Assembly (NCBI GenBank): GCA_965238075.1
Contig: OZ250173.1
Coordinates: 2,560,001 to 2,624,000, forward strand
Direction: 5' to 3'
Length of the DNA: 64,000 nucleotides
Origin: Candidatus Entotheonellaceae bacterium
Lineage (GTDB): Bacteria; Tectomicrobia; Entotheonellia; Entotheonellales; Entotheonellaceae
Position numbers and translations under genes: made by a program. Every line of letters starts with the position of its first letter. Position 1 is the stretch's first letter. The notes under the pieces are model-generated. The model saw nothing but the letters and a program-made list of their open reading frames with translations, ran no database searches and was not told the origin of the DNA. Positions 62,660 through 64,000 of this stretch are shown here, piece after piece.

Positions 62660-64000
62660 TCAGTAGCCGATGGCCTGCCCGTCCCGGCGAGGGTCGGCGG
62701 CGCCGGTGAATGTACCCGTATGCGGGTCGATGCGGATGGCGTGCACGCCGCCGAAATAGCGGTTCTTGCCGCGGTAACGTTTGACGGTGTGGCCTCTCTG
62801 CTGCAGTTGCGCGGTCACCCGCGGCTCGATGCCGGCTTCCAGGTGCAGGACGCCGTCCTGCCAGTGCACGCGCGGCGCGGCCACGGCAGTGGCCAGATCC
62901 ATGCCGTGGTCGATGACGTTGGAAAGGGTCTGCAACACCGCGGAGGGGATGCGGTGACTGGCAGGGGAACCCAGAATCATGCAGGCCCGGTCGTCCTTGA
63001 GCACAATGGTCGGGCACATGTGACTGCGCGGGATTTTGCCGGGCGCCACGGCGTTGAGATGGGTGCGGCCTTCGGAAAAGTCGTTCATTTCATTATTCAG
63101 CAGCAGGCCGGTGCCGTCCAATACCATGCCGGAACCCCAGAAGAGGCCGATGGTCTGGGTAGCGGAGACGATGCTTCCCCAGCGATCGATGATCGAATAG
63201 TGGGTCGTACAGCCCTGACCGTCGTCGGTCGAACTGTCGCGTGAGAACGACGGGTTGGCGCGGTTGAACGACAGGCTGTGGCTGAAGTCGGCGGCCCACG
63301 ATTTGTCGAGCAGCGCGCCCATTGGAATGGCCGCCAGGGTGTCGGGGTCGGCGATGTAACGTTCCCCGGCGACGAACGACGGCTTGAGCGCCTCGGCGAT
63401 CAGGTGGATGGTGTCGACGGCGTGGGGGCCCCAGTCGCGCACAGGGTAGCGTTCCATGATGTTGAGTACCTGGAGCAGCCGCATGCCGCCGGTGCTGGGG
63501 GGCGGGGTGGTCAACAACGTGTAGCCGCGGTAGGTGCCGCGGAGAACCGGGCGTTCGTGCGGCCGGTAGCCGATCAGGTCGTCGGCAGTGATCAGGCCGC
63601 CGTTGGCCGCCATGAACCGGCCAAGCCGGTGGGCAAATGTATCCTGGCTGAAGGCTTCCAGCCCGATTTCCGAGATGCGTGTTAAGGTTTGCGCCAGTTC
63701 AGGCTGCCGTAGCGACTCGCCGGCGGCAATGGGGCCTTTGGGCCGGGTGAAAATGCGTGCTGTTGAGGGATAGCGAGACAGGAAGTCGTGGTATGAAGCG
63801 AAGTGTCTGGCCATTTTGGAGGTCACGGTGACGCCGCGTTCCGCGTGTCGGATGGCCGGCGCAAGCATGGGTTCCAGTGTCCGACGCGACAACAGGCCGA
63901 AACGGGCGGCGGCGTAGGCCAGCCCGCCTGGCATACTCGGCACTGCAACCGCCAGCGGGCCGTGCAGGGTAAGATCATGCAAGGATTGGCCCGTGCCGTA
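62660..64000 (-). CDS. ggt: Gamma-glutamyltransferase (5' end outside window)
   Basis: PPPSTGG, TTHYSIID, LNNEMNDF, APGKIPRS, GAADPRRDG. Confidence 0.93.
   Translation of the reverse strand, partial: YGTGQSLHDLTLHGPLAVAVPSMPGGLAYAAARFGLLSRRTLEPMLAPAIRHAERGVTVTSKMARHFASYHDFLSRYPSTARIFTRPKGPIAAGESLRQPELAQTLTRISEIGLEAFSQDTFAHRLGRFMAANGGLITADDLIGYRPHERPVLRGTYRGYTLLTTPPPSTGGMRLLQVLNIMERYPVRDWGPHAVDTIHLIAEALKPSFVAGERYIADPDTLAAIPMGALLDKSWAADFSHSLSFNRANPSFSRDSSTDDGQGCTTHYSIIDRWGSIVSATQTIGLFWGSGMVLDGTGLLLNNEMNDFSEGRTHLNAVAPGKIPRSHMCPTIVLKDDRACMILGSPASHRIPSAVLQTLSNVIDHGMDLATAVAAPRVHWQDGVLHLEAGIEPRVTAQLQQRGHTVKRYRGKNRYFGGVHAIRIDPHTGTFTGAADPRRDGQAIGY

Overview
High-GC bacterial chromosomal window. Housekeeping and metabolic genes (thyA, dsbA-like, def, queG, tRNA-Asn, mdh, malic enzyme, ilvC, ggt, many oxidoreductases) are interrupted by accessory DNA. 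(1) A ~24 kb integrase-less island follows tRNA-Asn. It holds an FN3-repeat autotransporter, a type I RM locus with an embedded HEPN-like gene and an aspartic-protease pair, a PHP-ATPase + SRAP module present as one intact copy and two fragments, a diverged copy of the def/queG junction, and several TA modules. (2) A 3 kb selenoprotein cassette (GrdB with in-frame UGA and SECIS hairpin, plus an atypical GrdE) is bracketed by two inverted 115-bp MITEs and inserted at a duplicated TA inside a palindromic repeat, i.e. a probable MITE-composite transposon. (3) A second UGA selenoprotein (peroxiredoxin) heads an LLM/hydrolase operon divergent from a TAT-less reductive-dehalogenase-like gene. (4) A MoxR AAA-VWA fusion has an A10 run and an immediate -1-frame stop exactly at the domain junction, a candidate programmed frameshift or slippage site. 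(5) An orphan integron-type cassette encodes a HEPN-like protein. (6) A norC/norD operon is decayed. Gene content and repeat style suggest a marine or sponge-associated lineage such as Tectomicrobia, but that is only inference. All family calls come from motif recognition by eye; no database searches were run.
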